Positions 12,011 through 25,555 of a stretch of 64,000 nt of DNA are shown in pieces. The stretch spans positions 45,508,001-45,572,000 of the forward strand of contig NC_043010.1 in assembly GCF_006345805.1 (NCBI RefSeq). Direction: 5' to 3'. Source of the DNA: Octopus sinensis (lineage: Eukaryota). A program made the position numbers and the translations under genes. The number at the start of each line of letters is the position of its first letter. Position 1 is the first letter of the stretch. Under the pieces are notes generated by a model. The model did not search any database and had not been told where the DNA came from. It saw only the letters and a list, made by a program, of their open reading frames with translations.

Positions 12011-12419
12011 ACATAAAAAAAAGTAAGGAAAATAAAAAAAAGAAAAATTACAAAAAAAATTATCTCCACCCAGGAGAATCATAACCGTAGTCACCTAAAA
12101 CAGAAAAGTAATAACAGCGGAATGTTCTTTTTAGTTAGCTTCAGTTTTAGGTTGTAATAATTCACAGCTTTTGTAATAGATCAAAAGAGAAAATGCGTAA
12201 TATACGAGGGTTTATAAAGGAACTAGCTCGGTTGAAACGTGTGGCATTTTTGGTTGGCCGACGCTTGGATAACCTAACTCTTAAAACAAGCAACTGAATA
12301 AATATAACTGAACCACAACAAGAAAGAAAAGCTTTGTTTTTGAAAAATCACTGATACGATTTCTCTGTGTCCACTTCGAGTGAGCTGCCATTAAATCGAT
12401 TCACTCCGCGAGACATCTC

Positions 12420-13600
12420 ATGAGGTTGAAATTGTCTGGATACACTAGCCGAAGACTGCACAGGTTTGCGTTCTTCGACTACACTATTCACAACTCGCAC
12501 AACTTAACTAAAATCTTTGACTTTATCGAGCAAACTTATGGACCTAAAATTGCGTGTTATGATCCCTTTATTCGAGTTCTTCCTACCAGCGTCACCACTT
12601 TTCGACTCATACAAATGAAACGCTTGCACGCGGGAGACATCTGCCAAATTAACAAGTCGGTCATGCTACGATACCAATCGCAAAACAAACTGTCCAATCA
12701 CAGTTATTTGCGCCTCGCACAATCTTTCAACATATCCGCTTCAGTTGCTGAAATCGATATTTTACAATCTTTTTTGTGTCTTCGCTGGTTGTAGGCATCA
12801 AAATCCATTTTCTCTAGTCCGTCGTTCTTCGTGAACTATTTGGTAAACTGCAACTGGAATAGCACATATCTGCTAGGAATCGGATAGCATACGCCCGTTC
12901 CAACCTATCATAAACGGATTTTGTTATCACGCTGCATCTGTCACTTGGATTTATCGAATGGGTTTTGGTTCTTCGTGTGTCAGAGTACATTCCTCACTAC
13001 TAATAATGTTTTGTACCGAAGAAATGGTTAAGGACCATTTTTACTACAAGTACATTATATACCATGACTTTTCTGTTCGTCTCTTCTCATCGATTTACTA
13101 GTTCCTTACGATATAATCAACTGCTTTCTATTGTTACACTTCTGATAACACTAACAGATTCTACCCTACTATTTTTTTTTAGTGAGACCCACCATTTTAT
13201 TAACACTTGTATGCGTCATTTTACTCACAACCAATTCTCTAATCTGATTCCTGAAAACCAGCTGGGTAGAGAAAGATGTGTCCAGCTTCTCGTATTCCAG
13301 AAATTAGCTTGTCTCACTTGACCACCAAGTTCGTACCTATTGTGCCTATGACAGAAAAATTATTATTTTTAGTACTGAGAGCTGTTAGGGTGTTGGGAGA
13401 AAAAAAATTATTGCGGAAGCATGTTCACAGTTTTGCTCTTCACCTTCAAGTACCCACATTTTGGCTTATCATGTGATGGTCGATTCCCCCCTAGCTTTAT
13501 GCGACTGTCCACCCCATCACTCGACAGACCAGCCATGCACGTCAACATCAGGTATTTAAGGAAACCTTTCCCGTTATTTGTCAGTGAGTTGAGTTGTGGT
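12420..13600 (-). mobile_element. Decayed L1/Tx1-clade LINE ORF2 fragment
   Basis: Minus strand: KLDTSF...FRNQIRELV...NKWWVSLKK, then VVTLV/RKNSNKG...NFRSISLL...KIL...QTCA...DNFNLM (Tx1-type RT domains 1-2). Confidence 0.65.
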
Positions 13601-13934
13601 CTTCGGACCTTCGGCAAAGAACAGTTATTTTGCAGGCAGCCTCAGCTATTCCTTCGACGCAAACGTTGTTCCTGTCCTCCAGCAAGTTATGTCTCGTATT
13701 TTTCCCTATTCTATATTGCACACATCATCATTATGTACCAACTGCATGTTAAACCATTATGTATATATTCTGACCGTTCCTTCAAGATGTATCTCTATAG
13801 CTTTGCCGTCTTAATGCTTTTTAATGGGTTGAATAAATCATCGCACTTAATCCTGGTTTCCTCGTTCTTCCTTTAACTATAAACGCAGCCTTACTCAAAC
13901 CAACATTATCAACTCAATACTCAACATTCAACAG

Positions 13935-14110
13935 TTAAAAATGCTTTACAGTTTTTGTTCCGGCTGTTCACGTTCTGAGTTTCAAATCATGCCGCGGTCC
14001 ACATTGCCTTTCATTCCTGCGTGGTCGATAAAATAAAGTACCAGCCAAGTACTGGTTTAATGTGATCGACAAGAACTTCTTAAAGTCAGTGATCTTGTAC
14101 TTGTATAAGT
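13935..14110 (+). mobile_element. Family-A SINE
   Basis: AAAATGCTT...CGTTCTGAGTTTCAAATC...GGTCGATAAAATAAAGTACCAG. Confidence 0.65.
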
Positions 14111-14149
14111 TATAATTTTAAGTAAAGAGCGGTGGATTTTCTGACATTG

Positions 14150-14720
14150 AAGAGAAAGGCCAGTGTTTGTAAAGGTGTCGTTGCTATGTTGAGGCTGTGC
14201 ATTGGCCAGGAGATATCCTGTAATCGCAAAGGTTCTACATGTGAATCGTTTATGTTGGAGGAGGAGGGGAGGTGGGATAATATTTTCTTACTATGTATAT
14301 ATAGTGATTGTTTTTTGTTGTTGAAGGAAATAAGATTGGTCTAATCTCACTGGAAGATGTTTTCGAGGTCTCTAATCAAAGAAATTTCAGATTTGGCGTG
14401 TGTTGCCTTAAGTTCTATGAGGGTAACGTTTGAGAGTTCAAGATTAAGGATGAATGAAGAGAAGTGTTGTCTGCAGGGAAGTGGGTGCTGTTGGAGATGA
14501 TTGCAGTTATGTCGTTGATGTGCTACAGAAATGTGATTAGGATATCATAGATAAGAATCGCAAGAGGGATTCTTCGAGTTGAGCCATCTAGCAGGCGACT
14601 TTGCGGGTAGAATAAGTACGTCGTGATGGTAGGATAATATCCATAGTCTCGGTTGGTCTTGCCTGGGGATCCAGTCGGGAAGTCCAATATCGGTTGCTTC
14701 TGATAGGACTCCATGTAGGT
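14150..14720 (-). mobile_element. CR1-clade RT fragment
   Basis: Minus strand: WILSY...; FL*HINDI...ISNSTHFPADNTSLHSS...SLIRDLENIFQ*D*TNL (RT domains 4-6). Confidence 0.6.
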
Positions 14721-14905
14721 GCTTGAGGACTCTCGCCTCCTCCCCCACCACGACCATTACAAGAACAGCAGAGAGATGGATGGATGGATGGATGTATAAA
14801 GGACGAAGAATGTGGAACTGTAACCGAACTCTGAGTCACTTCAAAGTTACCATTACTATTAACAAATTTCTTTCAACTTCAAAATTACATTCCAACGCCA
14901 GTATA

Positions 14906-15423
14906 CCGTAAATCTTCGAGTATAATCCGCATCCCCCCCCCCCAATTTAATGGTCAAAATCCCTAGTGCGTACTATATACGAGGTTAAAAATGAAAAATA
15001 TTTTCTAAGCAATGTCCGAGTCTCTATTTGCTGTCCGGCAATGTTTATTCAGAAGCATTTTGTGATGTCGGGCGCGAAAATACCTTAAGCTAAGCCTGAA
15101 AGCAATGAAGTCATAAAAGAATCATCCACAACTTGCAGCAAGCAACATTTATTAAAATAAAAGTATTCAGAACACAGAATAATATGTAACAAAAACAATT
15201 TGCAAACATATTTACATTCCCATATAACAGTTAAGAACATCATCATTATTGAATTACGCGTGCACGAGAGTGTTTGTTCGATTAGGTGCTGCTGGCTTAA
15301 TTACGCACGACTCAAGTTAGAGAAGGGGTACGTATTATACACCAGGTTTAGGTTTTTCAGAAGTACAGTCCCTAAAAATCCCCTGCGTATACTCAAGGGC
15401 GGACTATACTCGAGGATTTACTG
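14906..15423. mobile_element. Tc2/pogo-type MITE with TA target duplication
   Basis: TA|CCGTAAATCTTCGAGTATAATCCGC ... GCGGACTATACTCGAGGATTTACTG|TA (25-bp TIR, 3 mismatches). Confidence 0.85.
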
Positions 15424-15439
15424 TACTCATTGAAATGAT

Positions 15440-15858
15440 TTTTAACTAATTTCGCGAGGTATGATCAATTAAATCGATATCATTATTTAACAGGTGCTTA
15501 TTTTATCGAACCACGAAAAGATGAAAAGCAAAGTTAACCTCGGCGGGATTTGAACTCGGAATGTAAAGATCCAGAGAATCTCCGCTAAGCATTTTGCCCG
15601 AACCGCCAACGGTTCTGCCAACTCGCTGCTTTGAAAATAATTGTTTCAAATTTTGGCACTAGGCCAGCAATTTTGAAGGGAGGAGGCATGTCTGTTACAT
15701 CGACCCCTGTGTTTGTCTGCTACTTTATTTTGCCAGTCCCGAAAGGATAAAAAGCTAGGTTATCTTTGGAAGGATTTGAATTCAGAACGTAAAAAGCCTG
15801 AAGAAACGTGGTTAAACATTTTGTCCGACGCGCCGACGATTCTGCCAGCTCGTAGCTA
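15440..15858 (-). mobile_element. Two head-to-tail family-A SINEs with CpGs largely retained
   Basis: Two successive GGATTTGAA(C/T)TC...TTCTGCCA(A/G)CTCG units at ~15440-15630 and ~15637-15858. Confidence 0.75.
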
Positions 15859-16212
15859 TAATAAGGATTTCTTACATTGACACAAAGTCAAGAATACATG
15901 GGTCTGAATATTGCTGTTTCAATAAAACCTCAGTATATTACTGTTACTTACTCTGTATACCCCAGAACAAGTAGAGGGAGCATAATTAAATACCTTAAAG
16001 TATTTTATCCACCCCTACTAATTTTGCCATTCATTTCTAACAGTTTCTTGTGTTGACAGAGAATCATTGTTAGAGTGATACAAATAATAAACAAACTCCA
16101 TTATTTAACAAGTATTTATATCGATTCTGGATGGATTAACAGCAAAACCGACCCTTTTGGAAATAAATTTAGAATCTAAAGAACTGCAACTAAATACTAC
16201 AAAGCTTTCTTC

Positions 16213-16622
16213 GGATCTTTTCGGTTTGAACGGCAGTTTTTTCTAGCGGCGTCATATGAAATTGTCACCCATAATTATGACCCTAGTATCGATCTATTGC
16301 ATTTCAATCTGTTTTAGGATTAGGGGTGGGGGAAGGGTATCTTTTTTTCTTCACAAATGTAAATAAACCCAATCTGTTTCTTAAACGAGGGAATATTCAT
16401 ACGGCACAGAATGTTTTTTTTACCTCAATGGACGTCACTGATTGGTTGAAATTGCAGAAATTGAAGAAAAAAACAACAAATATCTTACAAACTATAGAAT
16501 TTTCTCAATAAAGCCAAGAGAAAAGGATGTTTTATAAACACATTCTAGCAGTATACGAAGTTTAAAATTTTTTAGTTACCTAGAAATTATGTTAAAAACT
16601 GCCGTTCAAACCGAAAAGATCC
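16213..16622. mobile_element. MITE with a perfect 29-bp TIR (superfamily not assigned)
   Basis: GGATCTTTTCGGTTTGAACGGCAGTTTTT ... AAAAACTGCCGTTCAAACCGAAAAGATCC; no clear TSD. Confidence 0.85.
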
Positions 16623-16949
16623 CTTCCTTCTCCGGTCTCGACCGATTTACCGATGACAAGGATGTTATAGAAAAGTAATGATAATTAATTAATTTTTACA
16701 TTGGTGATGGCAACAATAAATAATGTCTTGGTTGTCAGCAAGGTATATACCGCCTCCGCACAGCTTTACAATAAAGTTCACACGCCTTTACTCGCAAGGT
16801 TTTTCATGTAGCGCTCTTGCAACGAATTGAGTTACCAGCATCCTACCTTCACGGTTTAGACAAGTACCTAGAAACTGGTAGGTATCTAAAGTAGTGGGTG
16901 GATAGATGAATAACATAACAGCGTGGTGATGGTGGTGCACCCAATTTGA

Positions 16950-17563
16950 GAAAGAAAGTGTAAATGAAAGAGAGAGAGAGAGTAAAGCTAAGAGAGGTGT
17001 GCGTGTAAACGACTGAACGACCTTACTGTGTATATGAATGCGTGTGTGCAGTCGCTCGTGTGTGTGAGTGAAGGATAAAGAAAATTATGTGTGCGTTTAA
17101 TTGAAAGAACTGTGAAGTAAATATACATACACACACGCATGAGTTAGAGAGAGAGAGAGAAGTGTTTAGAGGCTGGTTAGATGAGAAGATCACTTGCCAA
17201 ATGTAGTAAACCTCGCTCTGGCTTGTTGGTAGTCAGCTGCTGTTGCTACCGCCATCACCACCACCACTACCACTACGCATACACATACGTACGCAAACAC
17301 ACATACACACAGAAGTAGAATCGCCGTCACCACCTCGCCAATCCTCCTTTCATCACTGCCTCCTCCTCATCCTCCACCCTCGGCTTTGGCATTCGCTGTG
17401 ACTCGTTAAATACGAAACATTGTTTGTTCTCTCCTCAGTGTTTTTTAGTAGGTAGCTTCGTTCGGGTTAAAAACTTCGAAGAAGAAGAAAAAGAACATTA
17501 ATCACAACTAAAATAAAAAAAAAGACAAAACAAAACAAAACAAAGAAGAACATCGGAAAAATT
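16950..17563 (+). promoter_or_regulatory. Putative promoter and 5'UTR of the + strand gene
   Basis: CpG-retaining unique sequence with (GA)n tracts, CCAAT at ~17338, a pyrimidine-rich stretch, TCAGT Inr-like motif at ~17435, and an A-rich leader ending at ATG 17564. Confidence 0.5.
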
Positions 17564-17645
17564 ATGAACACAACAAACTGGACTCTCTTAATCGCCTTTA
17601 TTGTTTTAAACGGCATCATCCCTCTATCATTTTCTGTTGAAGCAC
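17564..17645 (+). CDS. First coding exon of a secreted or membrane protein: signal peptide MNTTNWTLLIAFIVLNGIIPLSFSVEA followed by a phase-1 intron
   Basis: ATG in ATTATGA context; 27 codons with a hydrophobic core and a V-E-A (-3/-1) cleavage signature; consensus GTAAGT donor at 17646. Too short for the ORF track. Confidence 0.75.
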
Positions 17646-17793
17646 GTAAGTATTTTTGTTATATTTCTCGTATCTTTTGAAACCGTTTGCTCGATTCAAA
17701 ATATTAAAACTATAGCAAGAACAACAACAACAATTAAAAACCCATCTGAACTAAAATACTCGCGACTGGGATTCATAATTTCCTCATGATCCA

Positions 17794-19516
17794 CATATAT
17801 GTGTGTGTATGTATATATATATATATATCAATATATATATATATATTATATATTTACTCTACCACTGGTATTTGAGTACTCTTTTTTCCACCTTGTTCAC
17901 ATTTATGTGTTTACTCCGTGTATATAATATATATGTGTGTGTTATATATATATGTGTATAATATATATATATGTATATATATATGTGTATATATATATGT
18001 ATATATATATATGTATATATATATTGTATATATATGTATATATATATATGTATTATATATGGTATATATATATATGTTATATATATATTATATATGATAT
18101 TATATATATATATAGTATATATATATGTATATATATATGTGTGTATATATATTGAGATGTGTGTATATATATATGTGGGTAGATATATATGTTTAAATGG
18201 TATATATATATGTATGTATATATATATGTATGTATATATTAGTATATATATATAATGTATGTATATATATATGTGTGTATATATATATGTGTGTATATAT
18301 ATATGTGTGTATATATATATGTGTGTATATATATATGTGTGTATATATATATGTGTGTATATATATATGTGTGTATATATATATGTGTATATATATATAT
18401 ATGTGTGTATATATATATATATGTGTGTATATATATATATGTGTGTATATATATATATATGTGTATATATATATATATGTGTATATATATATATGTGTGA
18501 TATATATATATATGTGTGTATATATATATATATGTGTATATATATATATATATATGTGTATATATATATATATAATGTGTGTATTATATATATAGATGTG
18601 TATATATATATATATAGTATATTATATATATAATATATGGTATATATATATATGTGTAATATATATATATGGTATGTGTATATAATATGTGTGTATATAT
18701 ATATGTGTATATATATATGTGTATATATATATATGTGTATATATATATATATGTGTATATATAATATATGTGTGTATATATATATATATATATGGTATAT
18801 ATATATATATATATAGTGTAGTACTATATAATATATATATATGGGTAATATATATAATATATATGTGTATATATATATATATATGTGTGTATAGATATAT
18901 ATATATGTGTATATATATATATATATGTGTATATATATATATATATGTGTATATATATATATATATATGTGTATATATATATTAGATATGTGTATAATAT
19001 ATGTGTATATATATATTATTATATATATGTGTATATATATATATATATATTATAGATGTGTATATTATATATATATATATGTGTATATATAGGGTTATTA
19101 TATATATATATATATATGTGTATATATATATATATATGGTATATATATATATGTGTATATATATATATATATATGTGTATAGTATATATATATTAATGTG
19201 TATATATATATATATATATATATGTGTATATATATATATCTATATATATGTGTATATATATATATATATATATAGGTGTATATATATAATAATATATGTG
19301 TATATATATATATATATATGTGTAATATATATATATATATATAGTGTATATATCTATATATATGTGTATATATATATATATATGTGTATATATATATCTA
19401 TATATTATATATGTGTAATATATATATATAGTATATATGTGTATATATATATATATTATATATATATGTGTATATATATATATATATATTATATGTTATA
19501 TATATTATAAGATATA

Positions 19517-19552
<36 letters not shown>

Positions 19553-20279
19553 ATATATATATATAATATATATATGTGTATATATATAATATATGTGTAT
19601 ATTATATATATATATATATGTGTATATATTATATATATATTATGGTGTATTATGTGATAATATATATAGATATAATGTGTTATATAGTGTATATATATAT
19701 GTATATATGTGTATATAAGTATATATATAATATATATGTGTATATATATATAGATATGTGTATATGTGTATTATATATGTATATATGTATATATGTGTAT
19801 ATATATGTATATATGTGTATATATGTATATATATATATATATATAGTATATATATATATAAGTGTATATATGTGTATATATATATATATATATGTGTATA
19901 TATGTGTATATATATATATATGTGTATATATGTGTATAGTATATATATATAGTGTATATATGTGTATATATTTATATTATATATATGTGTATATATGTGT
20001 ATATATATATATAATGGGTATATATGTGTATATATATATATATGTGTACATATGTGTATATAATATATATATAGTGTATATATGTGTATATATATATATG
20101 TGTATATATATCTATTATGTGTATATATGTGTATATTATGTGTATATATGTGTATATATATATATATATGGTAGTATATGTGTATATATATGTGTATATA
20201 TGGTATATATATATATATATGTGTATATATATATATATATGTGTATATATGTGTATATATATATATATATAGGATATAT
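17794..20279. repeat. Compound (TA)n/(TG) minisatellite, unit about ATATATATATGTGTGT (14-20 bp)
   Basis: Directly visible; the source of the YIYICV track ORFs. Confidence 0.95.
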
Positions 20280-22183
20280 ATAGGGCCACTCCTTGAAATA
20301 GGATGGCACTATAGGATAGGGCCACTCCTTGAAAAGGATGGCACACTCACAGGAAAACCAATGAGGGTAAGTGAAATACTGAATGAACAATTCAAGAGTG
20401 TTTTCACTCCACCCCTTGGGCATTTCCAAATCAGCAATCCAACTGACTTCTTTACCACTGCAGATATAGAATCAGAGGCTGCGACGATAAGTTACATCGA
20501 GATAAAGGAGACGATGTAATAAATGCTATAGATGAAATGAAACTAGACTCAGCTACTGCCCCGAGGATTCCCGGCAATCCTCCTAAAAGTATGTAAGAGA
20601 GTCTTAGCAAGACCACTGCAGTCCCTCTTTCAGAGCTTCCTTGCAGCTGACAAACGTCCAAGGGGACTGAAGGAAGGTTAAATATGCCCTATCATAAAGG
20701 ATGTAGCAGAGCGGAGGAAAAGAACTACAGACCTATCTCTCTGACCTCACACATCAGCAAGGTCATGGAACGAATAGTCAGAAGGAAACTAATCACCTTC
20801 CTTGAAGAAAATGACTTGCGCTGACACCAACATGGTTTCCGACCAGGAAGAGCTGCTTAACTCAGCTCCTGCAGCACTATGACTGGGTGCTGAAACAACT
20901 GCTCAACCACTCAAATGTGGAAGTCATATATCTCGACTTCGCAAAGGCCTTCGATAAAGTCGATCACGGAATGAGATGTCACAGCTGCGTGATGTGGCAT
21001 AGTTGGAAAACTAGGAGAAGCTTCACGACTTTCTGAAGAATAGAAGTCAGGTGGTAGTAGCCAATGGGGCCACTTCCATTAACACGCAATAATGAGTGGT
21101 GTGCCACAGGGCATGTTTTGGGACCACTACTGTTTCATAATGGCCCTCTCAGACATGCCCTCAGCACGCAGAGATCCACGATCACAAGTTAATGCAGATG
21201 ATACAAAAGTTTCACAGGCAATACAGAAACCTGAGGACACTAAAAAAACTGCAATGTGAGCTGGACGAAATATACAAGTGGGCTGAAAAGAATAGCATGC
21301 AGTTCAATGCTGGAAAGTTTCAAGCTTATACTATCAGCATGCAAATTGAATGCAATACCCAATGAATACACTGGACCCGGAGGGAGGTTGCAATCCAGAG
21401 GCACCATCAGTGCGTGACCTGGGTATTCACATGAGTGATGACGCGACCCTTTCATGTACATGTTGCTAAACTGACAGTGAAATGTAGACGCTGGCTGGCT
21501 GGATTCTTAGAACTTTAGAACAAGAGAACAAGAAACCATGATGGTCCTCTGGAAGACACTTTCCTAAGCACTTTGACTATTGCTCTCAGCTATGGTCACA
21601 TCCAGTGTCAAGTTGATCACAGAACTTGAGGCGATCCAACGAAGCCTACACAAAGAAGATAGCCTCTATGCAGAATGTAAGCTACTGGGAAAGACTCAAG
21701 AGATTAAAATTAACTCCCTGGAGCGTAGGCGGGAAAGATATGCCATAATATAATCTGGAAGATCCTGGAGGGAAGTGTCCTGAACTTTGGCATCGAGAGT
21801 TACAACAAATGCCAGAACTGGGCGCACTGCGTGGTGCCTAGGACTCCAAACCTGCCATCAAGATGTAGGACAAGATTCTGTGATAGCCTGGGTTCCGAGG
21901 CCCACAGCTCTTCATATCCCCCGAAGAACCTGAGAGACCTGCATGGGTGGTGGATACAGATGTCTTTAAAATGAAGCTGGATCTCTTCCTGTCAGGGTCC
22001 CAGATGAACCAACTCACGGCAGGAGGGGCAGATGAGGGCAGCTGCATCGAACTCTCTCAGCACCAAATGCAGTTGCTAGAAACACCCCATGAAGTAAAAC
22101 CAAGTAGCAACACCAAATGGGGTGCCCCAGATGGCCACAGCTCATAGGCTGGAACTGGAATCAATCAATCAATCAATCAATCA
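20280..22183 (+). mobile_element. 5'-truncated CR1/L2-group LINE (RT plus 3' end) with (AATC)n tail
   Basis: [77 protein letters not shown]; tail (TCAA)6 at ~22160-22183; many 1-2 nt deletions. Confidence 0.9.
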
Positions 22184-22278
22184 TATGTGTATATATATAT
22201 ATATAGGTGTATATATGTGTATATATATATATATATGTGTAATATAATATGTGTATATATAGTTTATATATATATATA

Positions 22279-22311
<33 letters not shown>

Positions 22312-22658
22312 GTGTATATATATATAGATATATATTATATTGCTATTTATTATATATATATATATATGTGATATATATATTATTATGTGTATATATATAT
22401 ATATAATGTTTATATATATATATATATATATGTGTATATATATATTATATATGTGTATAATATATATATTATATGTGTATAGATATATATATATATGTGT
22501 GGATATATATATATATAATATATGTGTATAATTCTATATATATATGTGTAGATATATATATATATATATTTGTATATTATATATATATATATATTATATG
22601 TGTATATATATATATATATATATGTGTTTATATATATATATGTGTGTATATATATATA

Positions 22659-22691
<33 letters not shown>

Positions 22692-23214
22692 TGATGTATA
22701 TATATATATATATGTGTATATATATATAATATGTAGTATGTATATATATATATGTATGTATGTATATATATATAATATATGTATGTATGTATATATATAT
22801 ATGTATGTATGTATATATATATGTATGTATGTATATATATATATATGTATGTATGTATATATATATTATATATGTATGTTAGGTATGTTATATAGGAGAT
22901 ATATATGAATATGTATGTATGTATATATTATATGTATGTATGTATATTATATTATATGTATGATGTATGTATATATATATATATGTATGTTTGGTATAAT
23001 ATATGAGTAGTAGTATATAATAATTATGAGGATATGTATTATATATATATATGTATGTATGGATATAATAATATATATGTATGTATGTAATATATAATAT
23101 GTATGTATGTATATAATATGTATGTATGTATATATTATATATATGTAGATAGTATATATATATATATATGATGTATTATATATATTATATATAGATATAT
23201 ATATATATGTATGT

Positions 23215-23246
<32 letters not shown>

Positions 23247-23270
23247 ATATATATGTGTATATATAAAATC
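22184..23270. repeat. Continuation of the TA/TG minisatellite; the unit changes to (TA)n-TGTATGTATG after ~22735
   Basis: Directly visible. Confidence 0.95.
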
Positions 23271-25329
23271 ATTGATGTTTTCTTTGTCGTCTGCTTTGCT
23301 TTCCCGTATGATCGTTATTTTCGTTCTTCTTTCTTTTTTATTCTTTCAAAAACTTATTGGTACATTTTGTCATTTTATTGTAGTCCATTGAACACCCGTT
23401 TATAGGTGTACGTAAACATGTTTATGTATGTACACTGTATCAATGAATATGTCTATACTACATCGCTCTGTCTGTCATGACACTCCCTCCCATTCGGCTA
23501 CAACTTCATATATAATGAATGCAGTCTTATATATGTTGTAATTATGTGTAGGTGTTAAAATACTATGTATGTATATAAAATACAAAGATACGATTTTACA
23601 CAACATCATATATATATAATGTGTGTGTGCGTGCGTGTATCACCGACTACAAATATTCACCCCTGTCTAGTTTATGTCCAGTTTGTCATGTCCAGTGCGA
23701 TATTTAATCAGTGATGTTTAGACGAGATGTTGGCATAGTGATTGCCAAGCTAGTCATGTCTGTTGCCAGCTTAACTGTTTGTTTCAGTTCCAACTATTTA
23801 TGTGGAATTGTAAGCGAATTCGAGTCGTGTTTTGCACATGCCATTTTAAAGCCTAACCGAAGTAGCATCTTTTGTCTTCTTATTGGAGCTCCATGTTCAG
23901 TGTGTGCTGCTGTCTTACTAGTTTAGACGGAAAGGTGCCCCTCTTGTTTGTATTAATCAACACCATTACACAACTGTCTTTTGACGGGTTAGAAGTAATT
24001 ATTACTTTTTTCGATGCCGGTTTGTGTTTTCTTTCTGTTACTGAGACTGGTCCAAGAGGCGCCATCTTGCATAACCGACATTCGAAGCCTTCGGTGGTTG
24101 ATTTGTAAACTCTATGTAGCTGCTCACCCGTCTTTTTAAAAGCTACGAACCTAACCAGTGTTTTAAACCTACCCACCTACATACATACATATATAGATCT
24201 GTGATTGTATGTGTACAGAATAAGAACTAAATAGATCGCACTCATCTCATGCAGACCCAGTGAAGGGTGATGGTGGAACATTTCGACAAGTGGGTGACTC
24301 ACAAGTTATCTCTTGTATATAAAGTTTCTGTTGTTTGGTTTTCGGAATAAGCACACCAGCCCATAACGACAGACTGAATTTATGAAATAGATTATTAAAC
24401 CGTAATTTCATACGTTCAAAACAATCCAGGAAAAAATATTTTTCTAACCAAAGTCAAAAATGAAGTTACGGCCCATTGCATACACCGAACTGGGGTAAAA
24501 AGGGACTGGTTAAAAAGGTTAGGGTAGATGGAAATTTTGTAATTGGCTTTTTTTTTTGTTTTGTTTTTTTATGGAATTGTAATCTCCGATGTTTAAAATT
24601 TACAAATCCAAATAAATATTCGAAAAACTAAAACAAGTAACGGTGTGCAGGGCTTGTTCCAAACTGCCGTTTCTGTTTTGAAAATATGACCCTATTATTT
24701 CAACTGCTACCCTTATTTTAGCTCGGAAATAGGTTTCCTAAGGGGCTGAATTTGGACAACTTGTTGCTGATTTTTCGACAATCTACATTTTTGAGTCCAC
24801 CCATCGTTTTTATTTAATATTTAATTCTCTTCCGATGGAGTTACTGTTTGTAATAAAGGGAATGAAGAAGTTCTGGGGGTGGTGTGGAATCTGTTTTGCT
24901 GTAACATAAGAAATGAAACGAAAATCTGTCGTTAAGTTACTTCACTATAGTAAAGGTGTAGTTCCTAGAATTTATGCAAGAAAACCATGAGTGTCTCTTA
25001 ACAACTCGGAGCAAAAAAATACCTTGAGATATCTTAAGGTGTAAAAACTTTTGTAAACAAAAGTATTCTCCTCCTCCCACTCTGTTCTGTTGCAAGGAAT
25101 TTTGGCACATGTTGGGCCAAAGGTAAGCAGAGTAAATAAATATTTAAAACATGGCTTTCTTCAAAGATGCGGTGAATCCAGCCAAAATGACACAGCTTTG
25201 TGTAAGTGAGGAAATATCCCTTGCCATGTAGCAACTTGTTTCATGCCAACTAAACAAATTTATGAGAAATATTTTCACAGTTAATCTCATTAATATTTTA
25301 AGATTGTGTGTGTGTGTGTGTGTGTGTGT

Positions 25330-25465
25330 ATCATCATCATCATCGTCGTTTAACGTCTGCTTTCCATGCTAGCATGGGTTGGACGGTTCCACCTGGGGTC
25401 TGAGAAGCCAGAAGGCTGCCCTGATCTGGCAGTGCTTCTACAGCTGGATGCCCTTCCTAACGCCA

Positions 25466-25466
<1 letters not shown>
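25330..25466 (-). mobile_element. RTE-tail-type repeat ending in (GAT)n; same family as 42685-42833 and 39940-40100
   Basis: TTGGCGTTAGGAAGGGCATCCAGCTGTAG...CATGCTAGCATGGAAAGC...TTAAACGA(TGA)n recurs in the window. Confidence 0.7.
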
Positions 25467-25497
<31 letters not shown>

Positions 25498-25521
25498 AAT
25501 TTGTGAGTATGTTTGTATGTA

Positions 25522-25555
<34 letters not shown>

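Noticed and set aside
17937-23405. Many 60-235 aa ORFs rich in Y/I/C/V/M
   Set aside because: Translations of TA/TG repeats; no coding signal. The same applies to the ORFs at 30506-30847 and 36709-37195.
23880-24176. 98-aa minus-strand ORF
   Set aside because: No recognisable motif and no splice support.
24255-24293. 39-nt phase-1/phase-1 mini-exon (HPVKGDGGTFRQV) as exon 2, or a degenerate ribozyme
   Set aside because: Weak GTGACT donor and TE-like context; no CTGATGA/GAAA core on either strand. Only RNA-seq could rescue it.
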